A stretch of DNA of 64,000 bases. It comes from Octopus bimaculoides (Eukaryota). The stretch is from contig NC_068984.1 of NCBI RefSeq assembly GCF_001194135.2, positions 70,807,025 through 70,871,024 of the forward strand. The letters run 5' to 3'. The first letter of the stretch is position 1, and every line of letters starts with the position of its first letter. The position numbers were made by a program, and so were the translations under genes. Below, piece after piece: positions 28,180-40,738 of this stretch. The notes under the pieces are model-generated. The model ran no database searches and had not been told where the DNA came from. It worked only from the letters and a program-made list of their open reading frames with translations.

Positions 28180-28286
28180 TTATCTATGTTTATCATGTTC
28201 CCTGGCTTCTTTTGATGGTCTGGGTGGTTTTGTGGCATGCAAGATAATACTTTCATCTCTGCTTTTTCCTGATGGAGGTCCACTCA
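28180..28286 (-). CDS. Stop-containing exon of an uncharacterised gene (exon 28153-28286): xSGPPSGKSRDESIILHATKPPRPSKEAREHDKHR*
   Basis: Strong acceptor ttcaacttttcag|, 34 open codons to TAA at 28180-28182, consensus donor G|GTAAGTG at 28152; phase 1 matches the upstream exons. Confidence 0.6.
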
Positions 28287-29369
28287 CTGAAAAGTTGAAA
28301 CTTCCTTTGTAATTTTCATTGTGGTGTGAAATACCTTATACCTTTGTTTACTTTATTTATTATTTGTTCCACTATCCTCTTGAATATATTACATACAGAT
28401 GCACATTCTGGCTCTAAATTCTTTGGACTGAGCCAATGTCAGTTATATATCTTGGATATGGATGCAACACATCAATTATCCATTGAATCTTTGGTTGACT
28501 GACTAGCACCCAACTGATTTTTAACACAGGCACAAAACAGCAAAATAGGAGAGATTCAAAGCCATTGTCTGACTGCTAGTTTATTTTATCAATACTACAT
28601 GGATGAGAAATAAAGTCTATGTCAGAGAGATTTGACCTGAGAACATAAAGGGATATAACTAACTACTGATTTTTTTAACACTGACACAAGGCAGGCTACA
28701 CATTTTTGATTTGCAGAATACGTTAATTAACCTCAGTACTTAGCTACTGCTTTATTGCTTTAACTATAAGAATAATGAAATGCAAATTTGAATTCATCAA
28801 GGATTGAAATCAGAAAGTAAATATTGCAAGGCAATTCTCAAACATTCTTGATTCGGTCACCAATGATTTTTATTAGGGAAAATTAAACTTGAAGGAAAAT
28901 TAACACACAAGATAGAATGATTGATTCTTTACTTTGTTAGTTTTGAAACGAAAATAGTTTTTAAAAAAATCATGATTAAAAAAGATTTAAATTATAAAGA
29001 TAGTGAGGGAACAGATACATTTCAAAGAGGAAATTCAGAAAGAATTGGTTGAAAAAATAATTAGTACCCTGAAGGTGATTTCAACTAATAGGTTAATTGC
29101 TTTGAATTAATTCCATCAATGGATGTTAAGGAGATATTTCATGGATATTAAATTATTGAAGCCTTTGGCTATTAAATCACATTTATCTATTTTAAAAGAA
29201 ACACTAGCAATTTGATCACATTTTATTCATCTTCCTTTTTTTCCCCCTCCCATTTTCCATTTATTGAAATTTGTCTTTAGAAAGAGAAGCAAATTGCCAA
29301 AAAAAATGCAATCACACAGAATCATAACATGAAACTTGAGTCATTGGGGACTTTCTCCTCATTCTCTTT

Positions 29370-29424
29370 GTGATGATGATGATGGTTATTGTGGTGCTGC
29401 TGCTGGTGGTGGTGGTGGATTTGT

Positions 29425-29506
<82 letters not shown>

Positions 29507-29520
29507 GGTGGTGGTGATAA
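29370..29520 (+). repeat. (GAT)n/(GGT)n microsatellite
   Basis: Direct reading; explains the poly-Asp/Gly ORF. Confidence 0.95.
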
Positions 29521-30052
29521 TGATGGCTTAATTTGTTTTAAGCACGTGAAACCAAACATTTAAAAAATAAGGGTAAGGTAGGCACAAGCAGGCATTAATA
29601 TCAGAAAGGCATGTAAAGAAAAACATATGAAACCAATAAAGAAAAACTAAAAAACACATAAAAAAAATATTAAAAAATATAGCATTTAATAATGATAGCA
29701 ATATGGCATAGTTAATGTGAAGTGTCTAGAATAACTATCATATTACAGTTGTAAAATTAAACCAAACTCATTTTCTTCAGTTTATTCTATAGGAAGAAAT
29801 TGAATATTCTGAAATATGTTTTTTACTTCAAAAATGATTTATACATTATTTCGTAAAATTCAAAAATTGATAAATTAATAAATTAATGTTTAAGTGTATC
29901 TGAAGTTTCCAGGTAGATGATAAAAATATTGTATTATTTTCTCATTATGTTCTGTGAGAAATTTCGGATTTTGTCTCTGAGTAAGGCTTGTATTGCATAA
30001 AGCATTAGTTTTAAAAGTTTTCATATCACAGGTATCAGCCACACAAGCAAAC

Positions 30053-30136
30053 ATATCTCAATTTGGTTTAGTGGTGGTGTTCCAAGTTTCTGGGCTCTAA
30101 GTTCACATCCTTCTGACAGCAGTTGTCTTTCGTCTT
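30053..30136 (-). CDS. Candidate 84-nt symmetric (phase 1-1) exon: EDERQLLSEGCELRAQKLGTPPLNQIEI
   Basis: Acceptor ccatttttatccaag|, open frame in phase with exons 31900-31955 and 28180-28286; donor T|GTTTGC is weak. Confidence 0.45.
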
Positions 30137-30279
30137 CTTGGATAAAAATGGTTTTTGGAAAAAACTACTTGTAAAATGTATTGAATTAAAAGTATTAGTC
30201 AAAAGTAAGTGGATTGGTAGAACATCAAAATGTTGGACCAGATGCTTTGCGGTTTTTATTTTTTGACTATTTTACTTGT

Positions 30280-30941
30280 TTCAGTTTTTGAACTGTGGCA
30301 ATGCTGGGGCAACACCTTGAAAAGTTTAGTTGAACAAATCGACCACAGTTAATTTTTAAACTTGGTACTTTTTCTATTTGCCTATATTTGCTGAACTGCT
30401 AAGTTATGGGACATAAAGAAACCAACATCAGCTGCCAAGGAGAGGAGGGAGACTTTCTCTATTCCCGAGAGTTAAACTAATACATCCTTTTATTGTTTAC
30501 ACCACCTGTCCTCGTCTGTTGTTGTTTTTTCGTAAATTCTCCAATATATATATATATCATCACCAGCAACATTTAGCGTCTGTCGTTCAAGCTGGTATGG
30601 GTTGAACAGTTTGACCAGGGCTGGCAAGCTTGAAGGCTGCACCAAACCCCAGTCTGATTTGACATGGTTTCTACAGCTGGATGCCCTTGAAAGAGAGAGA
30701 GAAGAGGGAAGAGAGAGAACCATATACACACATATAAATAAATATATATATTCGTCATGACAGATTGCTAGCCACTACACATTCTTTTTATCTCTCTTTG
30801 TTTCGTTCTGTGTCCCTTTCGGTGGAAGAGCGTAGGCTCGAAATGTTAAAGACCTTTTCATTTCCTGAGCGTTATACTAATACATCTGTTTGTTGTCTAC
30901 ACCACTTATTTTTGTCTTTTGTTTTTTTTTGTGAATTCTCC

Positions 30942-30991
<50 letters not shown>

Positions 30992-31215
30992 ATTATATAT
31001 ATGTATGTATATACACATATAATATGTAAATATATATGCATATGCATACAAAGAGAGAGAGAGAGAAATAAACGATGTGCTTATTTCAGTTTCCTTTTAC
31101 CAAATCCTTTCACAAAGCTTCTGTTGACCCAAGGCTAAATTCCAAGGTCCCATGCAGTCGGACTGATCCTGGAACCATGTGGCTGGGAAGCAAACTTTTT
31201 ACCATTGAACCATGC
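30280..31215 (-). mobile_element. SINE family B split by nested insertions (3' half 30280-30449, 5' half about 31040-31215)
   Basis: Both halves align to the reverse complement of 51659-52040; 30450-31040 holds hammerhead-family units, an RTE-tail SINE fragment and (TA)n. Confidence 0.75.
30450..30945 (+). mobile_element. Partial tandem of a roughly 200-bp (TA)n-associated repeat with a hammerhead-like motif (Penelope/retrozyme-like)
   Basis: 30450-30545 equals the post-motif half; 30755-30945 equals a whole unit; both match 56300-56505. Confidence 0.65.
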
Positions 31216-31899
31216 CCCTCCATATTTGTTCCAGCTCTTTGTATTATGAGTTGAAATCCTATGTTATATGGTAGACTTAACCCACTGTCAAGTTTAACAA
31301 AACTACCTGTATACATTGATTGCTTTTAGCAAAGTTTATTTCACTACAATCATTCCAGTTTTGAGGATAACATCTTCCTTTTCTTCCACCAGCCTCATGG
31401 ACCTTGTACCCATCATTTTTGAAAACATTAAAGCTATCTGAAGGTTTTGGCTGATATCTCTAACAGATTGATCATCTCAGTAGAGCTTGTACGTTGGCTA
31501 AAAGTGTTTCCAGATGTTTAAAGTCTTTTATGATGAGCTGATAATAATTTTATACCTACAATACCTTGATTAACAAGCTAATAAGCAAGTATCTATGCAG
31601 TTGGTGGACTTGTTAGAAATTTCCTTTATATTACATTCCATAATTGAAATTATACATTTTCTTACATTCCATAATTAAAACAAATTTACTGTATATTATA
31701 TCAAAAGTACTAGGTAAAGAGGTGAGATTCTCTGGAATGTAATGTTATTGAGCATGAATCTGTTGAATTAAGGTTAACCTAAGACTAAACAATACAATAA
31801 CGAGGTAATCATTAAAAAAAAGAAGAAATAGAAAAGACTCATCAGGGTCACTTAGCTTTCTTGAAAGACCAACCAAATATCCTTCAAGGCATATCTTAC

Positions 31900-31955
31900 C
31901 ATGATAGTAATCAACAATGTCGTTCTGAATATATAATGACTGAATTAAAGTTGTG
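31900..31955 (-). CDS. Internal exon (TTLIQSLYIQNDIVDYYH), uncharacterised gene
   Basis: Acceptor gtgtttgttcag|, donor G|GTAAGA, 1+54+1 nt, phases match neighbours. Confidence 0.5.
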
Positions 31956-33229
31956 CTGAACAAACACACTTGGAATACTTTTGAACAGTGCTGAGTTATG
32001 GTTAAACAATAAGGCACTACAATAACAACATTAACAAGACACAACTACAACCCCAATCAACAACAAGATGCTACCATAATAACATCAGGTAACCAGTAGC
32101 ATGAAACAACAAGACTGATTCTGTTAGGATGTTTAACTGCTAGAAATAATAGTTATATCCCCATAAAATCACATCATGCCATCTTAACAGGGAGGAGAAT
32201 ATAATAGACAATGCAATTTTAAATAGAGTATGCCTGAAAAAATGTGAAATAGATAAAGCTAGAAGAATCTTTAATCATACCTTCTCAATCATGGCTGGCT
32301 TAGAACTAAACAATAAAAAATACAAGAGAAAATAAACTTAATAAATATGAAAAAAAGTCATCTTATTTTCTGCACATGGTAATAATCTTAACTCTTTGTA
32401 GACATGCTTCTATTGAAATTTATGGCATAAATGTTTTGATTAATTTCAAAAATAATTAACAATTTCAAGGGGTTTAGTAAAATATGAAAATGTTCATTAT
32501 GAAACCAAAGTTTGGAACATGATTTAACAAAAGATTCTTACATAAATTTATGACAGAAGGCTTGAATTTAAATTTGAATACTTTTAAGGCAAGATGTTTT
32601 ATACAATAGAACTGGAAGTGGAATTAGGAAGGTTGGTATCAAAAGAGTTATTAAATATTGATTCGCTATGAGATTTAAAATTGAAATATCATCCTGACAT
32701 CATATTGAGACAATGGTTAATATATAATGTTAAATTAAACTGGACACAAAGATAAAGAGAAAATTTGATGCTATACAGTTCAGTATCTGAAAAATTCAAT
32801 CAATTATATAACAGATGTTTAAACACATACAAGCATATTTTCACAAAACATATTCACTCATTTGATTAATAAGGTGCTTTTAAGAAAAAAAAAATATTTA
32901 AAATTTAAACAAAATTAATAATACTAGCTTCTAAAACAGTATTTTCCTATAGGAAAAGCAATGAATAAAGTTTTGTTTGATAATAAACATAATAACTATT
33001 TAACACATAAAAATGTTGATAGGTATAAAAAAGAAATAAAACCAGTCAATTTCCTAAGAGGTTAGTAGCAATAATAATATTCATTCCTATTTTAGAAACG
33101 TCTGGATAACCAAATATATAAACTGATAACAAAAGACTTATAAATTACTGTTTATTTACTATTATATTTGTTGGCATAGCACATCAGATTTTATTTTGGC
33201 TACACACACACACACACATATAAATTCTT

Positions 33230-33630
33230 TTACACTTTTGCTTGTTTCAGTCATTTGACTGTGGGCATGCTGAAGTGCCACCTTAAAGGGTTTTAGTCGA
33301 AGAAATTAACCTCAGGGCTTATTCTTTGTAAGCCTAGTACTTATTCTATTGGTCTCATTTTTTCGAACTGCTAAGTCACGGGGACATAAAAACACCAATA
33401 TTGGTTGTCAAACAATGGTGGTGGGACAAACACAGGCACAAAGACACATGCACACAAATACATGCATATATATATACGACGGGCTTCTTTCAGTTTCTGT
33501 CTATCAAATCCACTCACAAGGCTTTGTTCAACCCAAGGCTATAGTAAGAGTCATTTGTCCAAGATGTCATGCAGTGGGACTGAACCCAGAACCATGTAGT
33601 TGGGAAGCAACCTTCTTACCATACACCCAC
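33230..33630 (-). mobile_element. SINE family B, full-length copy
   Basis: Reverse complement matches 51659-52040 along head, microsatellite and tail. Confidence 0.88.
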
Positions 33631-34559
33631 GCCTGTGTATGTATATGTATATATATATGTATGTATTACAACCTCTCTCTGTGTGTGGACTGTCTCTGCA
33701 CAGGGGCCATCCAGACTTGCCTTCACTGTGAACAGGGATTAATCTTCTCCCTTCATTCCTTTGTGCTTTATGGGCTCAACTCACAACCTTTCTTCATTTA
33801 GCACCCCATACAGATTCCCAAACACCTCCCACATTCAACTCCCCCTCCCTTCTGCCTACACACCTGCATACCACCTACCTCAGTACCCTCACCAGACACA
33901 TTACATCCAAGTTCAATTACAGGACTTAGAAAAACCAAAAGATTGCTGCAATAAATGTGTGAATATGTTCAATAAAATCATAATTAACTGATCCTCCTGT
34001 ATTTTCTTTTACACAAAGCCAGGAATTTTTCAGCACCCCTTCATACATCTTTGGCAGGTTTAGCTATAGTAGTCAAGCCAACCAATAATATAAGAATGAA
34101 ATTAGTTAAAGGAAACAGTGTGGAAAGGAGTCATACATACATAGATTTACATACCAAATTTGCTTGCAATAGCACAGACGAATCTTGAAGCTAAGAATGC
34201 AACCACCATGTTGGTTGAAAACTATGAGCTTACTGCTTGCCTAAGCGTTATGTACAAGCATTACGCAAACTATCTCAACCAATTCCAATTGGATAGTTTT
34301 ACATTCAACAACATAGGGACTGGTGAACTGGCAGGTGAAAAGAAGAGTGTGTCAAATAGCTTTTAGACAAACAGAGCCGTGCATCTTGAGATAAGAAAGT
34401 ACCACAGAAACCCTGAAACAATATGACTAATTTATAGGGAAACGTTTTACTCTTTACCTGATTCAAAACTGCTGAAGTCTCTGTTCTTGGCAAAAGTTTC
34501 TGCTGGTCTTATTCAATGCTGTTCAAAGGCTCACAAAGACTTGGGCAACAATCCTCACA

Positions 34560-35460
34560 TTTACAACTGAGTGTTGAACCAATGCCTCTGGTGTCATACA
34601 TATTTCAAATGGAATATTCTAAGGAGAACTTCTGGTAATTCTGACATTGAATCCATGTTTTTTCTTTTACAAAAATTCCCTGGTTACATGCTAGAATTTA
34701 CTACAGCTACTAATAATGTAACTCACAATATCTTTTTGGAAGACCTTGTCTTAAAGATGTTTACAATGCAAAATAGAAAAAAAAAAGTGAGCTGGAGTTA
34801 ATAGCACTTAAGGATGATATCAGAATTGGATTTGACCAAAATATGTCTTGTGTATTTGCTCATTGAACATGGGAAAACCAGTGTCCCAAACCTAGATTCT
34901 GTATTAATGATAGCTCTATCTTTCATGTCCCACACAAAGAATGCTATGAATACCTTGGCATTAATAGAAATATAGGCTATGAAGGTGCTATAAACAATGA
35001 CTGAGTGAGCTGAGAATATCACACCAGACTCAGAAATATATGCAGTTGGAACTCCTCACTTAGAACCAGACAGTATCCAACAATGCATTTGTAGTATTAG
35101 TTCTGATACCATCATTACAGATACTTGACTGGTCTGGAAAGGAAATCCATGCCATAGACTTTGAAGCTTATAAGATCCTGACATCAACTGAAAATTAAGA
35201 TAGAAACAGTGATATCAACAATCTCTACCAAAATAAATAAAAAGATATAAGGGGGATAGGGGCTTGAGATCTTTGAATATGGTATAGCAGTTTACAGACA
35301 GAACATGCTGAAAAACAGTAGCAAAATAAATACATAAACCTTGGGCTGAAAAATGAAGAGAAAATCATCCTATTTGCTGGCACTGAGCTCCTCAGGAAAT
35401 AATTATTTCCTTGATGATCTCCAATACAACCCCAAAACAAATGGTCTAACATGCCTCAAA
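34560..35460 (+). mobile_element. Old, heavily degraded R4/Dong-like LINE RT region
   Basis: Relics IFLEDLVL (cf. FMDDLKL), LKDDIRIGFD (cf. FSxDIGMEFG), CYEYLGIN...EYHTRLRNI (cf. YKYLGI...EYxxRVRKI) and GGIGL. Confidence 0.55.
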
Positions 35461-36601
35461 GAAATCCAGGATGTGAAATGTTCTATATACCTTAAAAAGA
35501 CTGTGTATGAGTATATTTTCTGAAGGCTCGAACATGACAGTAATGTTGACATGAACTGCAGTCTGTCTTGGCTTCATGACTGTTACATCACATCAGACTT
35601 TACAGATTATGCATTTGCAATCCATGAAAATGAGATTGCTATCACATACCTAATGAATAAAAAGCCCAGTAAAACCCTTGGAGGCTCAAGATGTAACTGA
35701 AAATGTAGACTGTCATATTTCTGTGGAAGGCATCACATACGTAATCTGAAGCTCCCTGAAAGTGCCGTCAAGTACTATCACCCAATGTGATATGACATTA
35801 TCACCAGAGCACTATATATCTAAAGAGAAAAAAGGAACTGTTCTATGCATGCGTGTGTGCATATACATATGTACATGCATACATACATACATACATATAT
35901 ATATATACATACATACATACAAACATGAATGCACACTTACATACATATATGCATACAAACATACATACACACATGTATCAGCAAATTTGCAAAAAAAAAA
36001 TAATAACAAAAAATACTCAGTTTTACAGAAAAAGAGCAAAAGAACCTGATGCAGGTTCTCTAAATCCAATCTCTATTGGCACAGTGAAGAGTTGTAAGAC
36101 ATTCCAAAAATTCTCTATCTGAGATTCTTATGTGAATAGATGCTCACGCTTAGGTGTATGCATCAACAGTTCAACCAACACACCAACTGAACCACCTATT
36201 TACAAAACACCAAGAATTCTCTTAACTTAAAAAAAAGTCTTGTTAGTTTGTTAACAAGCAGCTTGAATTCTCCCCATGAAAACTAAGAATCATACATATA
36301 GAAATGTGTTCCCTGAGAAGGATGATGTGAAACAAGTGATGAGCTGGTTAAATGAAAAGGGCAGAGTGAAACAAAAAATAATATATAAACATGGGTGATA
36401 AATAAAAACAAATACTGTGCTTCAAAAACAAAGACAGGAAATCCAGTAAGAATTGTACATTATCAAACATATCAAATTGGACAATGTACAGTGTGAACAA
36501 ATTATTATATATACAGAAAGAGATTACAATATAAACCAAAATTATGATTCTTTAACAAGATTGCATATGTGATTCTTAACACTTGCCAATATGACCACAA
36601 T

Positions 36602-36820
36602 GTAAGGCGATGAGTTGGCAGTATTGTTAGCATGTCAGGCAAAATGTTTAGTAGCATTTCATCTGTCTTTACATTCTGGGTTCAAATTCCATTGAGGTTG
36701 ACTTTGCCTTTCATCTTTATGGGGGTCGATAAAATAAGTACCCGTTGAGTACTGGGATCAATGTAATTGATTTACTCCTCCCAAGAATTGCTGGCCTTGT
36801 GCCAAAATTTTGAATCAATA
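36602..36820 (+). mobile_element. SINE family A, full-length copy
   Basis: A-box-like tggcagtattgttagc, B box gggttcaaattcc, core gcctttcatc...ggggtcgataaaataagtacc, tail ggccttgtgccaaaattttga. Confidence 0.88.
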
Positions 36821-37149
36821 TGACCACAATTTTTAGCAGTATTCAGTAATTATAGCTTGAGCAAGAAATGGACAAAACACAAACAAGAAATGTAAGCAAT
36901 CTTTTAACTCAAGAAAGAAGACATGTAAATAACATTTAAAAGTAATGATTGAGAAAGCAACATAGAAATGCCCTTCAGCTGGTGGAATAAAATGTAACAG
37001 AGGCAAGAAAATCTATCCAGATAGCAGGACGGTGGAAATGTGGAAAACTGGAATTATAAGCATGTGTATGTGTGTGTGTGTGTGTGTGTGTGTATATACA
37101 TATATATAAACAATATATGAGTATATGCATATATATGTACATGTATGTA

Positions 37150-37330
37150 TATACATTCATCTACATGTACATATAGATACATAACTGGGTACATGATGTG
37201 GCAAAAGAACAAGGACAAGATGATAAAGAAGGTGCAACAAACAAGCAGCCCACATAGAAACATCCCCTTCATCAGCTGCCACCATTAAAACTCCGGCGTT
37301 TTGAAGAATTAAGGCAGTACGCATCGTTAT
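37150..37330 (-). mobile_element. Interspersed repeat shared with 61157-61350
   Basis: ctgggtac...ccacatag...ccttcatcagct...ggcgttttgaaga...gcag.acgcatcgtta occurs at both loci in the same orientation, next to (TA)n and gaps. Confidence 0.65.
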
Positions 37331-37395
37331 ATATATANNNNNNNNNNNNNNNNNNNNNNNNNNNNNNNNNNNNNNNNNNNNNNNNNNNNNNNNNN

Positions 37396-37441
<46 letters not shown>

Positions 37442-37984
37442 AGGCGCTGTGTAAAAATTCTGTAGCAGTGACAGGAAAACTGAAAAGAAGAGTGTTACAG
37501 TGGGGGTGAGAGAAACAGAGAAACAGAGAGCGGGGGAATAGGGAGTTGTTGATAGCAGTAAAACAAGCAAATATTGTGCAAAACAAGGGAGACTACATGC
37601 ATTAAAAACATAATAAATGGAGATAGTGTGAACTGGGGTAGAAATGATGGAATGAGACATTGGATAGCAAAATAAACTGGATAGGACATAAACAAATATA
37701 ATGTATGAATATGGGTGGAGAAATAAAAATGAGAAATGTCATTTGACAGGTGTTTACATGGAAAGACATGAAAACAACAAATGGATATTATGGAATGAAA
37801 GAGAACAATGTACAATGTTCTGTGTAAACAGAAAACACTTTGTGTGTGTATGTGTGTGTGTGTGTGTGTGTTAATGCAACTTGAAAATAAGGAGTATGTT
37901 GAAATACCTTAACTTATCCTTACGATACATAGAGATTGCTAAAATAAGTATTTGGGGTTGAGGTAGTCAGGCATGGTCATGTGG

Positions 37985-38140
37985 TTAAGAATCACTGTGT
38001 GGTTTTGGGCTTGGTTCCACTGATGCAACTTGTACGTCTTCTTCTGTAGCTCTGGGCCAACCAATGCTTTCTGATACAATTTGGTAGATGGAAACTCCAG
38101 GAAGCCTGATGAATGTGTGTATGTGTGTATGTGTGTGTTG
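37985..38140 (+). mobile_element. SINE family B, 5' part, diverged
   Basis: ggtcatgtggttaag...ttggttccactg...cttctgtagctctgggccaaccaatgc...atttggtagatggaaact. Confidence 0.6.
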
Positions 38141-38429
38141 ATATTTCACATTGGTCACTACCTGAGCAAAGAGGAGATGATGTAGATGTTCCTCATTGAT
38201 ATCATGACTAATCACCATGTTTTCACAGAATGAAAAGATCTCTTACTATGAAACCAATATTTGTTGGCAATGAGAGGAGCATCCAGCTGTAAAATCCTAC
38301 ATCAAATAAATAACCTTCATGCTCAATCTATGCTTGCATGAATAAAAGCAAGCTTAAATGTATGAGCAAATACATACATTGATTTGTCATATTTCAAGTA
38401 CATATTTAGTGTGTGCCATTTGCATTTAA

Positions 38430-38712
38430 CCTTTTAGCTGTCAAATGTAGCACTTATTTATTTACTCTGTCAATGTAATGCTTATTTACACTGTTTTGAA
38501 TTAATCATGCATTATCTCTGTCAAATGTAATGCGTATTTATTCACATTGTTTTGAATTAATCATGTATTATTTTGTGGCTTCAAGATATTGATGATATGA
38601 TTGTTTCTAGTATGACATTGTAGTGCAAGTGTGAGATGTTTGACTTAGCCACTTTGATGATAAAAGAGGCAGAATATTTTGGTCAGATATGGCCAGTTTA
38701 AATGCTAAAAGG
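38430..38712. mobile_element. piggyBac-type MITE, same family as 9657-9875, with internal tandem duplication
   Basis: TTAA at 38426-38429 and 38713-38716; perfect 9-bp TIR ccttttagc/gctaaaagg; the motif ctctgtcaaatgtaatgc...gaattaatcatgcattat occurs twice plus a partial third. Confidence 0.85.
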
Positions 38713-39523
38713 TTAATGAACCCATTAGATTAGGAAGCTGGAGAACAGCCCTTAACCCTGATTTATGCAGAAGATCTATGTCACCGTTTTACTAGCTGTC
38801 ATATTCTTGGTGTAAACACTGGTTTCTGAAAGCTCTTCAACACATTATTATTATAACTGTTAACCATGTAGATGTTAAAGTTGAAATCATTTCATTTCAG
38901 TTTTACTAAAACATTCAGCCTAGCTGATAGACCTTGCAAATAAGTTATCTGCTAAACTTGGCTACAGTGTTTCAAACATCTATACATATCCATTTGAAGT
39001 AGTATGAATGAAAGAAAAATAAAATTTCATTTGACAAAAATAAAATTTTTAAAAAATTTAAAAAATCATTGATTTAGAGCAACTTCAAAATACTATTACT
39101 ATCATTATTTTTACTATGTAATATTGAGCATGAAAAATGTTTGCAAGAGAATATCAATTAATCTGATTGCGGTGGCTAGTAGGTAAGTGTTAGGTGTGAG
39201 AAAGTGTACATGAGTATAAACATACAAATATGTAAGTATGCATGTATGTACAGAGAAATATATATGTATAATATAATATGTATGCATGTATAATGTGTAT
39301 ATATATGTATATATATAAACACACGTATAATAGATATAAAATAAATATATATTTATATGTCTGTATATACACTCATACCTGCACACATACACATACATAT
39401 GTACATACATGTGTGTATATGAGGTGGGTCTACAGACATATATATACTTTGTAAATTAAAACCAGGATTAATGAGTCTGCTAGTGTTTTCAATTCAATAG
39501 TGGAAAGACTTCAATATATTTAC

Positions 39524-39577
39524 CATTCTTTGTACTGCAGAAGTATTAACACTTGTCTCTTGGCATCTTGTAAAGTA
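39524..39577 (-). CDS. Internal exon (TLQDAKRQVLILLQYKE), uncharacterised gene
   Basis: Acceptor tattttataaaag|, donor TG|GTAAAT, 1+51+2 nt; both junction codons become Cys. Confidence 0.5.
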
Positions 39578-40326
39578 CTTTTATAAAATATTGTAATCCG
39601 TAATTAAAGTCTTAGTTTCAATATGTAAATATTAAAAAATCATTAAATAAAAAATAAGTACGTAATATTTTAACAAGGAGTTTTATTTTAGATTTTAATT
39701 ACAAAACTGCTCGAAACTGAAAATAAATGGAAAATATAAGTGTTCTACTAATAAATTCTTCAAATATCTAAACAATAATAAGTAAAACTAACAAAAGGGT
39801 TATGATATTACATAAAATTTCACTTCATTATTTTTAAATAATATTTTTTGTCTATTTACTTTCAGGTTACAAATATATTTAAACTGTGTCATTTGAATAT
39901 GCACATGGTGCTCAATTCCTATTGAATTGTGTTTTGATCAGTTGCGTTATTATCATTATCATCATCATCATTATTATTATTATTATTATTATTACTATTA
40001 TTATTATTGTTTTTTTTCTTCTTCCTTCAAATTTGTTTTCCGTTTCTCGCTAAGTGTTTTCCGTACACCTAGGGCAGAGAAGCTCATTGTATGCATTCCC
40101 AGTTTACACACGCAAATTCACAGGTAAAATATGTACTATTATTATTATCATCATCATCATCATCATCATCATCATTATTATTATTATTATTATTATTATT
40201 GCCTCCAAGGTTGATTTTGCCTTTGAGTCTTTTGGGGTCAATAAATTAAGTAACAGTTAAGTACTGAGGTCAAGTGTGATCGACTGTCCCCCTCCCCACA
40301 AAATCCTTGTGCCTATAGTAGAAAGG

Positions 40327-40379
<53 letters not shown>

Positions 40380-40397
40380 CATCGTTATTATTATTAC

Positions 40398-40610
40398 TGA
40401 GGTAGTGAGCTGGCAGAATTGTTAGCCTGCTCGAGAAAATGCTTGATGGCATTTCTTCTGGACTTATGTTCTGCGTTCAAATTCTGTCAGGGTCAACTCT
40501 GCTTTTCATCCTTTCTGAGTTAATGAAATAAGTACTAATTGTACACTGGTGACAACATAATCGACTAGTCCCCCAAATTTCAGGCCCTGTATCTATTGTA
40601 GAGAAAAGAA
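40398..40610 (+). mobile_element. SINE family A with (AAT)n tail (another 3' fragment at 40200-40325)
   Basis: ggtagtgagctggcagaattgttagc...gcgttcaaattctg...aaataagtac...atttcaggccctg; runs into (AAT)n at 40611-40736. Confidence 0.85.
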
Positions 40611-40687
40611 TAATAATAACAATAATAATGATGATCATGATGACCATAAGAATAATAATAATGATAATAATAATAATAATAATAATA

Positions 40688-40737
<50 letters not shown>

Positions 40738-40738
40738 T

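Noticed and set aside
37255-37300. Minus-strand CTGATGA motif (also at 61285-61325) as a hammerhead
   Set aside because: No downstream GAAA or stem III, and a permuted arrangement gives no stem I.
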